The notes beneath the pieces are model-generated. The model made no database searches. It was not told where the DNA came from and saw only the letters and a program-made list of their open reading frames with translations. Positions 1 through 12,300 of a stretch of 64,000 bases of DNA are shown piece after piece. The first letter of the stretch is position 1, and every line of letters begins with the position of its first letter. A program made the translations under genes and the position numbers. The stretch is taken from the NCBI GenBank assembly GCA_000004985.1, contig GG738850.1. One strand, given 5' to 3'. Source of the DNA: Naegleria gruberi. Lineage: Eukaryota.

Positions 1-2628
1 CATGATGAGATTATCAGCAATTTTGTGCCATCTGAAAATTTCGTCTTCCTTCTTCTTTTTCTTTTTAAGATTTTTGAGAATCTTTTCAACAGGTGGTTTT
101 TTAGAGCTTGGTAAACTTTCTTCCTTCTTTGATTTCTTGAAAATCTTTAAAATTCCAAGTGGAAGAGCTGTTTTCTCAGATTTAGTTTCAGGTTTGCTCT
201 CAGGTTTATGAGAGGAAAGACTGGCACCACTAGGAGATGCTGTTTTTGGAAGGGTTTGTTCTTCTTCCTCATTGACTGGTGGAATAGGTTCATTTGGATC
301 AATTTGTGTTTCCTTCTTCTTCTTGGCTTCTTCAGATTGTTTTGCATCGGTGGTTTGTGATGGCATGTTGTTCAGGGTTGGAGAAGTAACTTGTGGCTCT
401 GATGGTTCGTGACCTGGTGATACTGATCCAGATAACACTGTTGGAATTGGTGGTATTACTACTTGTTTTGGTTTCAATGCTTGACTCAACTTTTTTCTGT
501 AATAATTCAAGCAATAGAGACGATAGGATTCAAAAAATAGTTGTGGAATATTTGTTCCCAGACGTGTATCGAACTCTACAATGGTCAATCGTTGATTCTT
601 CTTCATTTGGAATAATGGTACAGCTTTTTGGTGGAAATGATAGTAATGTTTTGGTTTTTGAACAAGACCAACGTTGGCACTAGAATCCTCAACACCTCTT
701 CTGAGAAGAGCAACTTGTTGCTTTGTAGATTTGTTCAATTCAATATGACCAGCAAGAAGGAAATTACCCTGTGACAAAAAGTCTGGATAAATTTGATTAA
801 TTTCCTTCATCCAAGTCATGGCAGTATTTTCCAATGAATAATTGGAATTGGTGTAACTATAGGCAAAAATTACAGTTGTTGGAGCAATGGTTTGATTGCC
901 CTCTGTGGTTTCCTCCAAAATCATTTGTTTGTACAAGGCCTGTCTCAATGAAAGTGCATGTCTAGAGCCAGTGTGACAAACTCTGAACATTATCTTTCTC
1001 CTTTCATTGGTTGACGTGCGGTTTTGTTTCTCAAGAACTGACTCGAAAAACTCCTCCTCATCAATTGATATTAAATCTTCCAAATTAATACCTGTATTGA
1101 GTAAATCATTGGCTAAACTCGAAATTTGATTTACTTCATTCTTTTCCAAAAACTCATCAACATGATTTAAATAATCCAACGAACAAACTTCTTCGATATA
1201 CCACTCAGTGACTCTCTTATTCTTTCTCAAATAGTAATTGAGCTTGTGTGGACTTTTTTCCGTACTTTTAAGATTCGAAGATGATGATGAGCTCTTCTTG
1301 GCACTACTACTCAATATATTTGTTGTTGATTGTTTGTGAGTATTGTTACCAGATGGAGGAGGTGCTGCTACAGATATTTTCACTTCCTGATTCTCATGAA
1401 GAACCAACTGTTGATGAATATGTTCTTGAATATTTTGAATATTTCCTTGAGAGGAATCTTCAGTACTTGCTTTTCTTCTTGAAGATTCTGAGCCATTAGG
1501 AACCTGGAAGGAAACGCTCAAACTTCCACTACTCGATTTATGATGATGATGTTTGCTAGCACCACCACTATTAGAACTTCTATGATGTTTTGGTCGTTGA
1601 TGATTTGGGCCATGTTCTTTGTGAATTACATTTTCATCATCATCGGATTCAATATTCTCTGATTCCTTCTTATGATTACTGGCTCCACCACTGCTACTAT
1701 CATTCATTGGACTCATTTCATCCAATGAATTATCTCCTGTGATGATAATATTCATGATATTGGTATCCGAAAGTTCCTTTTTTGGCTCGTCCTTCTGCTG
1801 ATGAGAATGTTTTTCATTGGCACAACAAGGAGGTGATTGCTTCTTCAATTGTTTTCCAGTGGTATAATACCTCAATATTTGATCAACCTCCTTTGGAAGA
1901 GAACTAACAATTAATATCGGAACCACTAGCCATTCATCGTTTGATTTGTTATTTTCCAAATCATCTGTTAAAGTAGCAGCACCAGCAGCAGTTGTTGTTG
2001 TATTGCCAATGTTATTATTCTGAGGAGAGGTTGAAGATGAAGGTTGTTGTTGTTGTTGATTAATTATATTTAAATTAGAAGAAGGTAAAACGGAATGTGG
2101 TGGTAAATTATTTGAATGATTAGAAGAGTTTGAAAGTGGTTGATAATTAGAAGCGTAGGAAGACAAAATTCCATCACTCACACTTCTTCTTCTATCTGAA
2201 GAAGGTGAAGATACTCCAACAACTGCATGAGTTGATTGTTGTTGTTGTTGTTGTTGTTGATGCTCAGAAGATCCCAGCAGAGGAATTAACAAATTGGAGG
2301 GAGAATGTGTTGATTGTCCTCTTCTTCTATTAGTAATTGTCGTCGAATGTGTTGTTGTTGTATTATGAGTACTTGTATTATTGTTATTAATTAATGATGA
2401 TGAAGATTGTTTATCATCATCAAGAATGGCAGTAACACTCGTTAAATTCATATTATTATTATTATCCGCCATCACTGTGCCATATTGTTCTTCTTCTTCT
2501 TCTTGTTGATGATCATACTGATTATTATTATTATTAGAATAAGAAGTATTATTATTGGTAGGAGGAGAATTTGATGATGATTTTGATGAGGTAACAACAA
2601 GCGTTCGGGGCGATTGTTGTTGTTGCAT
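1..2628 (-). CDS. Partial (3' end beyond window start) large N/S/Q-rich hypothetical protein. Start ATG at 2628..2626. Contains a degenerate Rho-like GTPase-resembling segment (around nt 560-1010).
   Basis: Hand translation of the minus strand from the ATG at 2626-2628 reads without stops in the regions checked (e.g. 2041-2091). The ORF track shows no competing ORFs of 60 aa or more across 700-2470 on either strand, consistent with one long minus ORF lacking a stop inside the window. The segment 'TVIFAYSYTNSNYSLENTAMTWMKEINQIYPDFLSQGNFLLAGHIELNK' resembles Rho G3-G4 'DVFLICFS..SFENV..W.PE....P...LVG...DL'. Confidence 0.4.
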   Translation of the reverse strand, partial: MQQQQSPRTLVVTSSKSSSNSPPTNNNTSYSNNNNNQYDHQQEEEEEQYGTVMADNNNNMNLTSVTAILDDDKQSSSSLINNNNTSTHNTTTTHSTTITNRRRGQSTHSPSNLLIPLLGSSEHQQQQQQQQSTHAVVGVSSPSSDRRRSVSDGILSSYASNYQPLSNSSNHSNNLPPHSVLPSSNLNIINQQQQQPSSSTSPQNNNIGNTTTTAAGAATLTDDLENNKSNDEWLVVPILIVSSLPKEVDQILRYYTTGKQLKKQSPPCCANEKHSHQQKDEPKKELSDTNIMNIIITGDNSLDEMSPMNDSSSGGASNHKKESENIESDDDENVIHKEHGPNHQRPKHHRSSNSGGASKHHHHKSSSGSLSVSFQVPNGSESSRRKASTEDSSQGNIQNIQEHIHQQLVLHENQEVKISVAAPPPSGNNTHKQSTTNILSSSAKKSSSSSSNLKSTEKSPHKLNYYLRKNKRVTEWYIEEVCSLDYLNHVDEFLEKNEVNQISSLANDLLNTGINLEDLISIDEEEFFESVLEKQNRTSTNERRKIMFRVCHTGSRHALSLRQALYKQMILEETTEGNQTIAPTTVIFAYSYTNSNYSLENTAMTWMKEINQIYPDFLSQGNFLLAGHIELNKSTKQQVALLRRGVEDSSANVGLVQKPKHYYHFHQKAVPLFQMKKNQRLTIVEFDTRLGTNIPQLFFESYRLYCLNYYRKKLSQALKPKQVVIPPIPTVLSGSVSPGHEPSEPQVTSPTLNNMPSQTTDAKQSEEAKKKKETQIDPNEPIPPVNEEEEQTLPKTASPSGASLSSHKPESKPETKSEKTALPLGILKIFKKSKKEESLPSSKKPPVEKILKNLKKKKKKEDEIFRWHKIADNLIM

Positions 2629-2819
2629 TTTCTTCGTAAATGTTGTATTTGCACGAATGGGGATGTGAAAGGAGAGAGAAGTGATTGGTTTTGGAAATCT
2701 TATTCGAGTATTGAACAGATTTGGTGAATGGGATTATGTTCATTAAATATTATGAAATAGTATTTGATGTTGGAAAAAATACTTGAAGAGCACATTTTAA
2801 TATCTTTAACTGATTCGAA

Positions 2820-3857
2820 TTATTTATTAGAAAGAATTCGAAGCTCAGAATCTATTTGAACAATATTCAATTGACCAAACACAACTCCAATTCTAACAAC
2901 ACCTCCAACAGCATTTTGTAAAATGATATTGATTTGCTTATTCACATTATCAGCAACCACAAGATTTGAATTGAAACTATTTGGATAAGTGATCGAAGGT
3001 TGTTTCGAATAACAAACACTATACGACTTATAGCTGTCATCCTCATGAGACAAATCCTTCAAAGTAATGGAAACATTAAATCTTCCCACAGATGGAACAT
3101 TATTCCATTCAAGAACTACTTGATTTTCCTCGTTTACAATATTATCAATGACTTTGCTATTCTTTGTGTTTGGAACGAAACTAAACTTTGCTTGGAATCC
3201 CTTAAAAGTTCTGCCAATGAATTTGACAGAATTCTGTTGAACTGTAGTTGGGGCAACATTAAAGTAAATTATGAAAAAGTTTGTGTTTTCGTCTGGTCTT
3301 GTGTAGGGAATAATAATGGTGGCATTGTTTCCCTCAAATGACCATGTGAAATTATTCTTATTTGGTTGACCAGTTGTAAGGGAAGCAAACATTGTCAATG
3401 GAACGTCATATTTGCTTTGTTCTGGAACAAAAGCATATTCCAATTCCATAGGTTTACCAACTGGCAAACCATATACTGGAATAGTGGTATACCAATGAGG
3501 TGTCTTTCTGTCAAGTGTATAAATTTCATTCTCATCATCATTGATATCTGGTTCCCTTGCATCCTTTGGTGTGTCAGCTAACAGACAAACAGTTTGATCA
3601 CTATTAGTTCTAATAGTTGGGCATTTGACACATGCCACCATTCCTTCCTCAGGAGTAACTGTTCCTCTAGGACATGGATAATTATTACCATCTCCTGGAC
3701 AATATTCTGCATAGAAACATTCATGACAAGATGGTCTGTGCAAAATCTCTTGATAATAAGTTCCAGGTGGGCATGTACTAGCATCAATGACAACTGTTAA
3801 AAGTTGGAGGAGGATGAGAAATAAAACGACAACAACAAGGAGGTTTGTTTTATTCAT
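2820..3857 (-). CDS. Secreted cysteine-rich protein: signal peptide, TNFR/ephrin-receptor-like Cys-rich module, then a beta-rich domain.
   Basis: 345-aa ORF. N-terminus 'MNKTNLLVVVVLFLILLQLL'. 'CPPGTYYQ..CHECFYAEYCPGDGNNYPCPRGT..CVKCP' resembles a TNFR/ephrin-receptor-like Cys-rich repeat. A-rich start context (aaaATGaat). Confidence 0.55.
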   Translation of the reverse strand: MNKTNLLVVVVLFLILLQLLTVVIDASTCPPGTYYQEILHRPSCHECFYAEYCPGDGNNYPCPRGTVTPEEGMVACVKCPTIRTNSDQTVCLLADTPKDAREPDINDDENEIYTLDRKTPHWYTTIPVYGLPVGKPMELEYAFVPEQSKYDVPLTMFASLTTGQPNKNNFTWSFEGNNATIIIPYTRPDENTNFFIIYFNVAPTTVQQNSVKFIGRTFKGFQAKFSFVPNTKNSKVIDNIVNEENQVVLEWNNVPSVGRFNVSITLKDLSHEDDSYKSYSVCYSKQPSITYPNSFNSNLVVADNVNKQINIILQNAVGGVVRIGVVFGQLNIVQIDSELRILSNK

Positions 3858-4030
3858 TTTTATTATTCGATTTAGTATGATTGTTGGAAGAATCTTGTAG
3901 AAAGAGTCGTTCCACTACGGAGAAAGATAATGTTACATAGCACAGTGGAATTGCTTTTTTTAAATCAATTGGATCGAATTCATCGAAATTAATTCCTGCT
4001 TTTTCAAAACGCAACAAAATTCAAAAAAAA

Positions 4031-5683
4031 ATGAGCAAACAAAAAAGACAAGATTTTGAAAAGCAGGAATTAATTTCGGAGCAGCTATTGGTGATCAATA
4101 AGATGGAAGAGAAAGCAAAAAAAGGTGTAAAGTTTGAACGAGAAATATTTTCAGATGATGTTTGTTTTGAAATAATTTCCCTGATTGATGATTCGTGGTT
4201 TATTTTAAATAATTGTTCATTAATTTCAAAACAATTCTTTAATGTGATCAAAGAACGTTCAAAACTTGTTATTCAATTTAAAAAGAAATTTACAAAGAAA
4301 AGAATTGAATTATTCATGAAAAGTCAATTTATGAATAGTATTGTTCATCTTAAATTTTCAAGAAGGTTGCTTGAGTCTTTTCAAGTCAAATTCATAACTG
4401 AAATGAAACAATTAAAATCACTTGATATTGGTGAAAATCAAATTGGTGCTGTAGGAGCCAAATTCATAAGTGAAATGAAACAATTAACATCACTTGATAT
4501 TATTTACAATCGAATTGGTGCTGTAGGAGCCAAATTAATAAGTAAAATGAAACAGTTAACATCACTTGATATTGGTGGAAATCAAATTGGAGATGAAGGA
4601 GCCAAATTCATAAGTGAAATGAAACAATTAACATCACTTAGTATTTATAACAATCTAATTGGTGCTGTAGGATTCGAATTCATAAGTGAAATGAAACAAT
4701 TAACATCGCTTGATATATGTTACAATGAAATTGGTGATGAAGGAGTCAAATCAATATGTGAAATGAAACAATTAACATCACTTAGTATTTATAACAATCG
4801 AATTGGTGATGAAGGAGTCAAATTTATAAGTGAAATGAAACAGCTAACATCACTTGATATTAATAACAATCGAATTGGTGTTCAAGGAGCCAAATCAATA
4901 TGTGAAATGAAACAATTAACATCACTTAGTATTTATAACAATCAAACTGGTGCTGTAGGAGCCAAATTTATAAGTGAAATGAAACAATTAACATCACTTG
5001 ATATTAGTGTAAATGAAATTGGTGTTGAAGGAGCCAAATTTATAAGTGAAATGAAACAATTAACATCACTTAATATATGTTACAATCGAATTGGTGCCGA
5101 AGGAGTCAAATTAATAAGTGAAATGAAACAATTAACATCACTTGATATTGGTGGAAATGAAATTGGTGATGAAGGAGCCAAATTCATAAGTGAAATGAAA
5201 CAATTAACATCACTTAATATATGTGAAAATCAAATTGGTGATGAAGGAGCCAAATCAATAAGTGAAATGAAACAATTAACATCACTTGGTGCTTATAACA
5301 ATGAAATTGGTGTTGAAGGCACCAAATTAATAAGTGAAATGAAACAATTAACATCACTTAATATATCTAAGAATCAAATTGGTGATGAAGGAGCCAAATT
5401 AATAAGTGAAATGAAACAGTTAGCATCACTTGATATATATTACAATGAAATTGGTGATGAAGGAGTCAAATTAATAAGCGAAATGAAACAATTAAAATCA
5501 CTTAATATATCTAAGAATCAAATTGGTGATGAAGGAGCCAAATTAATAAGTGAAATGAAACAATTAACATCACTTGATATACATTTCAATGAAATTGGTG
5601 ATGAAGGAGTCAAATTAATAAGTGAAATGAAACAATTAACATCACTTAGTATTTATAACCAAAAGATGAAATCTATCAATTAA
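4031..5683 (+). CDS. F-box-like / leucine-rich-repeat protein (RNI-like short LRRs).
   Basis: 550 aa. N-terminal 'FEREIFSDDVCFEIISLIDDSWFILNNCSLISKQFF' is F-box-like. About 17.6 tandem 24-aa LRRs follow, 'ISEMKQLTSLDIxxNxIGxEGAKF'. Start in an A-run (caaaaaaaaATG). Confidence 0.75.
   Translation: MSKQKRQDFEKQELISEQLLVINKMEEKAKKGVKFEREIFSDDVCFEIISLIDDSWFILNNCSLISKQFFNVIKERSKLVIQFKKKFTKKRIELFMKSQFMNSIVHLKFSRRLLESFQVKFITEMKQLKSLDIGENQIGAVGAKFISEMKQLTSLDIIYNRIGAVGAKLISKMKQLTSLDIGGNQIGDEGAKFISEMKQLTSLSIYNNLIGAVGFEFISEMKQLTSLDICYNEIGDEGVKSICEMKQLTSLSIYNNRIGDEGVKFISEMKQLTSLDINNNRIGVQGAKSICEMKQLTSLSIYNNQTGAVGAKFISEMKQLTSLDISVNEIGVEGAKFISEMKQLTSLNICYNRIGAEGVKLISEMKQLTSLDIGGNEIGDEGAKFISEMKQLTSLNICENQIGDEGAKSISEMKQLTSLGAYNNEIGVEGTKLISEMKQLTSLNISKNQIGDEGAKLISEMKQLASLDIYYNEIGDEGVKLISEMKQLKSLNISKNQIGDEGAKLISEMKQLTSLDIHFNEIGDEGVKLISEMKQLTSLSIYNQKMKSIN
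4390..5660. repeat. 72-bp tandem repeat array (about 17.6 copies) encoding the LRRs of the 4031-5683 gene.
   Basis: Visible period: 'attggtgctgtaggagccaaattcataagtgaaatgaaacaattaacatcacttgatatt...' recurs every 72 nt with only a few substitutions per unit. Confidence 0.85.
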
Positions 5684-5926
5684 AATCCAAAAAAAGGATT
5701 TGGCATGGATTATAAATAGTGATATTTTGCATACAGAGCTCTACTTCAATGTTGTTGCTGCTAGTATGAAGCGTAGATCAGTTACAGATTTTTATTGTCG
5801 TCAGATTTCATAAATCCACTAAATTTACGATTAAACAAATAATCAGTCAGTTCATATTTGTTCAGATACTACAAAAGTAATTGAATAGTAATTAAGAGGA
5901 TATGAATAAGTAAAATTAAAATCACA

Positions 5927-5997
5927 GGGGGCGAGGGGGAATCGAACCCCCGGCCACAGCTTTGGAGGCTGCGATGTTACCATTACACCACCGCCCC
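5927..5997 (-). tRNA. tRNA-Trp (anticodon CCA).
   Basis: Reverse complement 'GGGGCGG tg GTGT aatggta ACAT c GCAGC cuCCAaa GCTGT ggcc GGGGG ttcgatt CCCCC TCGCCCC c' folds as a cloverleaf. Acceptor stem 7 bp with one G-U. D-loop carries GG. Anticodon loop has U33 and CCA. T-loop is TTCGATT. Total 71 nt. Confidence 0.8.
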
Positions 5998-6331
5998 TGT
6001 TTCATCATGATTAAGAAGATCAGGAGTCATAAACCTACACGATATGGTTGTATCAATGATTCTTAGTGTTTCCATACCTCAATGGTTGGCCATCCTTTTC
6101 TAATTCCGAAGTTCGCTCCACAAGAACACTCGCCACATGTCACGGTATTATCATTTGACAAGTGTACATACCCAATTGTAACTGTATTTCCTTTTGTTCA
6201 GTTCGTGTGCTGTTACAGAGTCGGTTTGATTTAAACCATTCAGTTTCCAATAAAGTATCCTACTGATTTGTATCCGGCAAATAATATTATTAAAAAAACA
6301 AACTCTAATAACACACATTGTATTATTAAAG

Positions 6332-9300
6332 ATGCCAGAGGTTGTCACTATTGGTAGCACTACTGCTGCCAAACAGACAATGGGCTTCAATGTTTCATTG
6401 TTGGTAAGTTATGGCAACTGACATGTAATCCTTAATATTAAATTCTCTAATTCACTTCTTGATGTTTGCCTATTTGCATGCTCATTAGAAAGGAGGTACT
6501 ATTACTCAAACAATTGTAAGTTTCGAATAACAATTAAACTAAACATATCCTAAGGTTGGCGCAATCATCTCTGGTATGGTTATTGCTTCCACAGTTGCCA
6601 CCATCTTGATGGTTTCCTTGATTTCCTACCAAAATCCAATTGCTGTAGATGACACAGCATCCACCTACAAGAACGTTGCTCTTTCCATTAATGTTTTATC
6701 TAACGATTATGATCCAAAGGGAAATAACATTTCATTGGTTCAAGTTCTCGTGTCTCCAAGTTATGGTTCTGCTTCAATTTCCTCTAATAGTCTCATTGTC
6801 TACAAATCAAATGGTACTTATGCAGGAAATGACACTTTCAGTTATCAAATTACAAATGGTTACTTGACAGCTAATGCAACAGTTGTTGTGAGTGTGGTCA
6901 ATCGTCCTCCAGAAGCTATTCCAATTGCTGTAACTGTCAGTAAGAATGTACAAAACACGCTCATTAACATCTTCAGTTATGTTGGTGATAATGATGAGCA
7001 AATTAGTGATCCAGACAGTGTCGATATTCTCTCTGCTGTTTCTTACTCGAATCAAACTATTGTTAGTGGCACAGAAGGTGGTTACGGAACAATCAAGATT
7101 GATTCATATAATGGTTATTATTATAGTCCAGCAAGTGGTTTTAATGGCGTTGAGCAGTTTGTCTACACCATTTCTGATGGTTATGATACATCTAGTTCCA
7201 CTATTACTGTAACTGTGGCCAATGACGCTCCAACTGCTGTTGATGATTCTTACAAGATTCCAAAGTATGCATCATTGGTTTTGGATGTTTTGGCCAATGA
7301 CTATGATGTCAATGGTGACGATTTCAATATTACAAGTGCTTTGGGTACTGGCTATGGTGCTGTTAGTGTTTCTGAGAAGTCCATTACCTACATTACTGCT
7401 GGTTCTGTATCTACCAAATACACCGATTCATTCGAATATACAATTTCAGATGGAGTTGCCACTTCATCTGCCATTGTAATCATCTCAGTTTACAATCAAG
7501 TTCCTGTTGTCTATTCCAAGACTGTTACTGTTGCCAAGTCATCCACTAATAATTCAATTTCAATTGATTATTATGATGCTGATAGAAGAGATTTAGTCAC
7601 TGTTAGTACTATTTCTCCATCATTGTCCTCTATTTCACCAATTGCTTACTTGCAATTGACCACCAGTTACAATCAATTATTCTTTGATTGTTGTGAATGG
7701 CTCACTGTTGAAACTAACAACTATACCATTCTTTTCACTCCAACTACTGATACTGTTTACACTCAAACTTTCACAGTTGTCTTGTCAGATGGCGAAGGTA
7801 CTGGAACTGGCACAATCACCATCCAAGTGGTCAATACTCCACCTGTTGCTGTTGATGATTCTGCTCAATGTAATAAGAATCAACAAGTTTATGTCAATCT
7901 CGTTGCCAATGATTATGATGAAAACAGTGGAGACACTGCCAAGATCAAGTTGACTTCAACCGGTTGGAATTCAACTACACTCTATGGAGGTTCTTTAACT
8001 ATTTTCAATTCTACACATGCTCTCTATGTTGCTCCAAGTGGTTTCTTAGGAACTGACTCTGCCACCTATGTAATTACTGATCAAAGTGTTGATTCTAGTG
8101 GTAATGCTGATTCCACTTCATTCTCTTCTGGTAAACTCTATGTTACTGTTATTAATAATGCTCCAACTCCTGTTGATGATTCATTCACCATCTCAAAGGG
8201 TGTTACCTCTACTTTGAGTGTATTAGATAATGATACTGATCCAAACGATGGTTCTGGTTCAATTTACATTATCAATTCTGTTACTGCCTCTTCTGTTAAG
8301 AATATTCAAGCTTCTATTGTTGCAACAAGTGGTGCAAGAGATACATTGTCTTATGTTGCTTCCAATGCTGAATATACTGATTATTTGACATATGATGTCA
8401 AAGATCAAGATGGTATGAAATCTACTTACAAGGCCACTGTTACATTGTATGTTATCAATGATGCACCTGTTGCTGTTGATGATGCCTACTCCACTTTGTG
8501 GAATAGATCAGTGGACTGCTCTGTTAAAAGCAATGATTCTGATAAGAATGGTGATCTGGATGATTCTACCATTAGTATCACCACTTCTCCATCTCATGGT
8601 ACAGTAACCATTTTGAATAGTGTTGTAAGATATACTCCAACCAATGGCTACGTTGGTACTGATACCTTTGCTTACAAATTGAACGATGGTAGCTCATTGA
8701 ATGCTGACTCCAACATTGCAACTGTAACCATCACAGTTTACAATAATGCTCCAGTTACCGCTGATGATTATATCACTACTCACTGGAGAAACCCAAGTGG
8801 TGTATTGGTAACTCCATTGTCCAATGATAGTGATCCAGATGGTGATGATTTGATTGTTGAATCTACAACTGCTTCTTCCTCTGTTGGTACTGTCACTGTA
8901 GCTGATACCACAACCATCAAATTTGTCCCAACCACTACTTCAGCCACCACAGGAACCAAATCATTCACATACTATGCCTATGATTACAATAAGAAAACTC
9001 TAGGCACTGTCTATGTAAACATCACCAATACCAAGCCAACTGCCAATGGTGAATCTTATACTCTCCATTGGGCTGCTTCAGCTACTTCTTTCTCAGTTAT
9101 GGATAATGATGTTGATGCTGATAGTGATACTATCTCTTTATACTCTGTTAGTGGTAGTACTGCTGCTGCTATCAGTGGATCTTATATCAAGTATACTCCA
9201 AAGAAGGATGGTGTCACTGATTCATTCCAATACGTGATTACTGATACTGTTACTCCATCAAATGCTGCTACTGTTACAGTCAGTTTTACAAACAGCGATA

Positions 9301-12300
9301 CTCCAAGTGCTTCTAATGTTGCTACTTCAATCCATTGGAGAACTTTGGCTTCTCAATCTAATTATCAAGATTTCACTGTCATGAGTTCGACAACTGACGC
9401 TGATGGTGATTCTCTCACTTTGTCTGTTACTACAACTGCCTCTGGTTTGTCTGGATCTTCTTGTTCCAAGACCAGTGATTCTGTTCCAAAGGTGAGAACT
9501 ACTGCTCCAACCAAGACTGTTGGTACAGTTGCTTGTTCTTATTCAGTTTCTGATGGTTTGGCTTCTAGTGGAACCAAGACTGCAACATTGACCATTACAA
9601 ACAATGCTCCAACTTGTTCAAACATGACTGTTTCATTCAATCCAACCTATGTTTCAACTGGTCAAAACTATTCCATTTCCTCCTATGTCACAGATGCCGA
9701 TTCCAATGATATTCCATATTTGGTGCCAGGAAGTGCAACCATCGTTGGCTCTTCCTATTCTGGTGATTCATTCACTATAGTTGGAAGTTATTTGAACTTT
9801 AAACCAAACAGCAATCTTGGTACTCGTACCTATGCCTACACAGTCACCGATGGTTTGGCCACATCTTCTAAATGTTACATTTCCATAATTGTCAGCTCTC
9901 TTAGTAGCACTAATTATTACCAAAGTTATGATGTCCATTGGAATGCTTCTAATTATGAAGTTCCAATCTTGACAAACTTGCCAACTTCAACTATTAAGGC
10001 AATTGCTTCTCAATCTTACTCAACTGTCACTTTGTCAGGTGGAAAGATTTACTTTACACCATTGAGACAAATCTATGTTGATACCTTCACTGTAACTGTC
10101 ACTGATACTGGTGTTGATAGTCCAGTTTCTGTTACCATTACCACTTACAATAATGTGCCAACTGCCAGTCTCTCCACTCAAACTATTACTTGGGGAAGTT
10201 CAAAGACACTCGACTTGTTGACTAATTATGCTGATGATGACTATACTGCTGGTAGAGAAAGCAAGGGAACTGTCAAGAGCATTGATACTTCATCTACTTT
10301 AGGTAGTGTCTCTTCAGTTTCTGGAAGTTCAGTAACTTACACTTCTCCATCTAAATATGTTGGTTCTGATACCTTTAAGGTAACTGCAACTGATGGTTTG
10401 GCAACAGTTACTTTCACAGTAACATTCACCATGACCAATACTGCCCCAGTTACCAATACCAAGTACTTTAATGTTCACTGGGCTACTCACAAGACTGGTT
10501 ATCAAATGGATTTGAGTACTGGTGTAACTGATGCAGAAGGAAATACTTTGACTTACTCAGTTACTTCATCAAGTATTTCTCCAACAACTGCTGGTTCAGT
10601 TGCATTGTCTACTTCTCCATATGCTGTTGCTACTGCTTCCAGTACTGTCTATTTGGGTGCTTTCACATTCACTTATGGAGCTAGTGACTCAATTGTGTCA
10701 ACTCCAGGTACTGTTTCTGTTACTGTTTATAATAACATGTCAACTCCAGTAGCAAGTACAGGAAGTTGCCATTGGAAGCAAACTGGTGTTACTCTCAGTC
10801 CATTCTCTACTTTTGCTCCAACCTTAAAGGATGGTGATGGTGATAGCTTGTCGCTTGTTAGTGCATCAGCTCAAAAGGGGTCAGTTTCAGTTGCTACTTC
10901 AACAATTACTTATAACGCTCCTGGAACTTACGTTGGTACCGATGTTGTTACATACAAATTCACAGATGGTGCTCAATCACTTCAAAGTACTGACACAGTT
11001 GTCAATGTCAATGTTTACAACACTGCTCCAGTATGTGTTGACAAGACTGCCACAACTCTTTGGACTACAGCTGTAACAGTTGACTTGTCCAGTGGTGCTT
11101 GTACTGATGCTGATACCTTGGATACTGCTTACTTTAATGGAGCTACTTCAAGTGTTGTTGGTGGAAGCGTTTCAGTTTCTTCCAAGAAAGTTACCTATAC
11201 TCCATCTTCAACTTCTTTGACATTTAGTGGATCAAGTGGTTATTACACTGCTACTGGTTCATTCCAATTCCAATGTACTGATGGTATGTCAACTGCTGCC
11301 AGTGCTGGTAAGGCTACTATCACTGTATATAACAATGCTCCAACTGGTACTGGTAATACTGTATCAGTCAACCGTGATTACACTACCTCCACTTATGATT
11401 TCACATGGGCTACCATTGCTACTGCTACTGATGCTGATGGAGATTCCATTTCTTATACTAACTTTGCCTCATCTGACTCTACCATCACAGTTTCTAATAT
11501 TGGTACAGGAATCAGATTGACCACAAGTAACAAACTTGTTTCTGGAACCAAGTATATTACATTCAAACTCTATGATGGTCTCCATTACAGTACTTCAACC
11601 TTAACATTCACTGTAACTTTTGTCAATACAGCTCCAGCTTGTGTTGCTTCTTCAGTTGCATTGAATAAGAAGGGGACTGTTGATTTGTCAACCTTGTACA
11701 GTGCTACTGATGCCAACAGTGATCCAGTCACATATTCAGTTGTTTCTAGCTCAGTTTCAAGTACCTATGGTTCATTGTCTGGTACTACTTTCACTGCTTC
11801 TTCCACAACTAGTGGAAGTACAACTATTAGTTACACTGCCACAGATTCTCAAGCCACAACTACTTGTTCCATCTCGGTTGTGATTAGTAACCAAATTCCA
11901 GTTGCTGATGATATCACTTATCAAATTGTTCCAGTTTCAACCAATTATGTCCACAAATTCACATACACTGCAACAGATGGCGACTCTTCAGATACATTGA
12001 CCTATTCTCAATCAAGCACAACTTGTTCATCATCTTTGGTTACTGCTTTGAATATCACCACTGCTGGTCTTATTACCTTTGTTAGAAAGTCAACTGCAGT
12101 TAGTGGAACTTGTACAATGACTCTTTTGGTTGTTGATAACAACTCTCCAACTGCTGGACAAGATACTGCTGTTGTGACATTTGTCATTTCTTCATCGTCT
12201 CCCGCTGCCAATGATGACAGATTCTCAATTAACCAAGGTCAAACTATCAGAATTTACAATTGGCAAATCCTCCAAAACGATTATGATGAATTTGGCTCGA

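Noticed and set aside
4390-5660. Regular 72-bp repeats could superficially resemble a CRISPR array.
   Set aside because: The repeats are contiguous with no unique spacers, are in-frame coding (LRRs), and the locus is eukaryotic with introns.
6151-6390. 79-aa minus-strand ORF upstream of the giant adhesin gene.
   Set aside because: The same interval encodes, on the plus strand, a well-formed first exon (ATG 6332, donor GTAAGT at 6404) that splices in-frame into the 6-kb exon.
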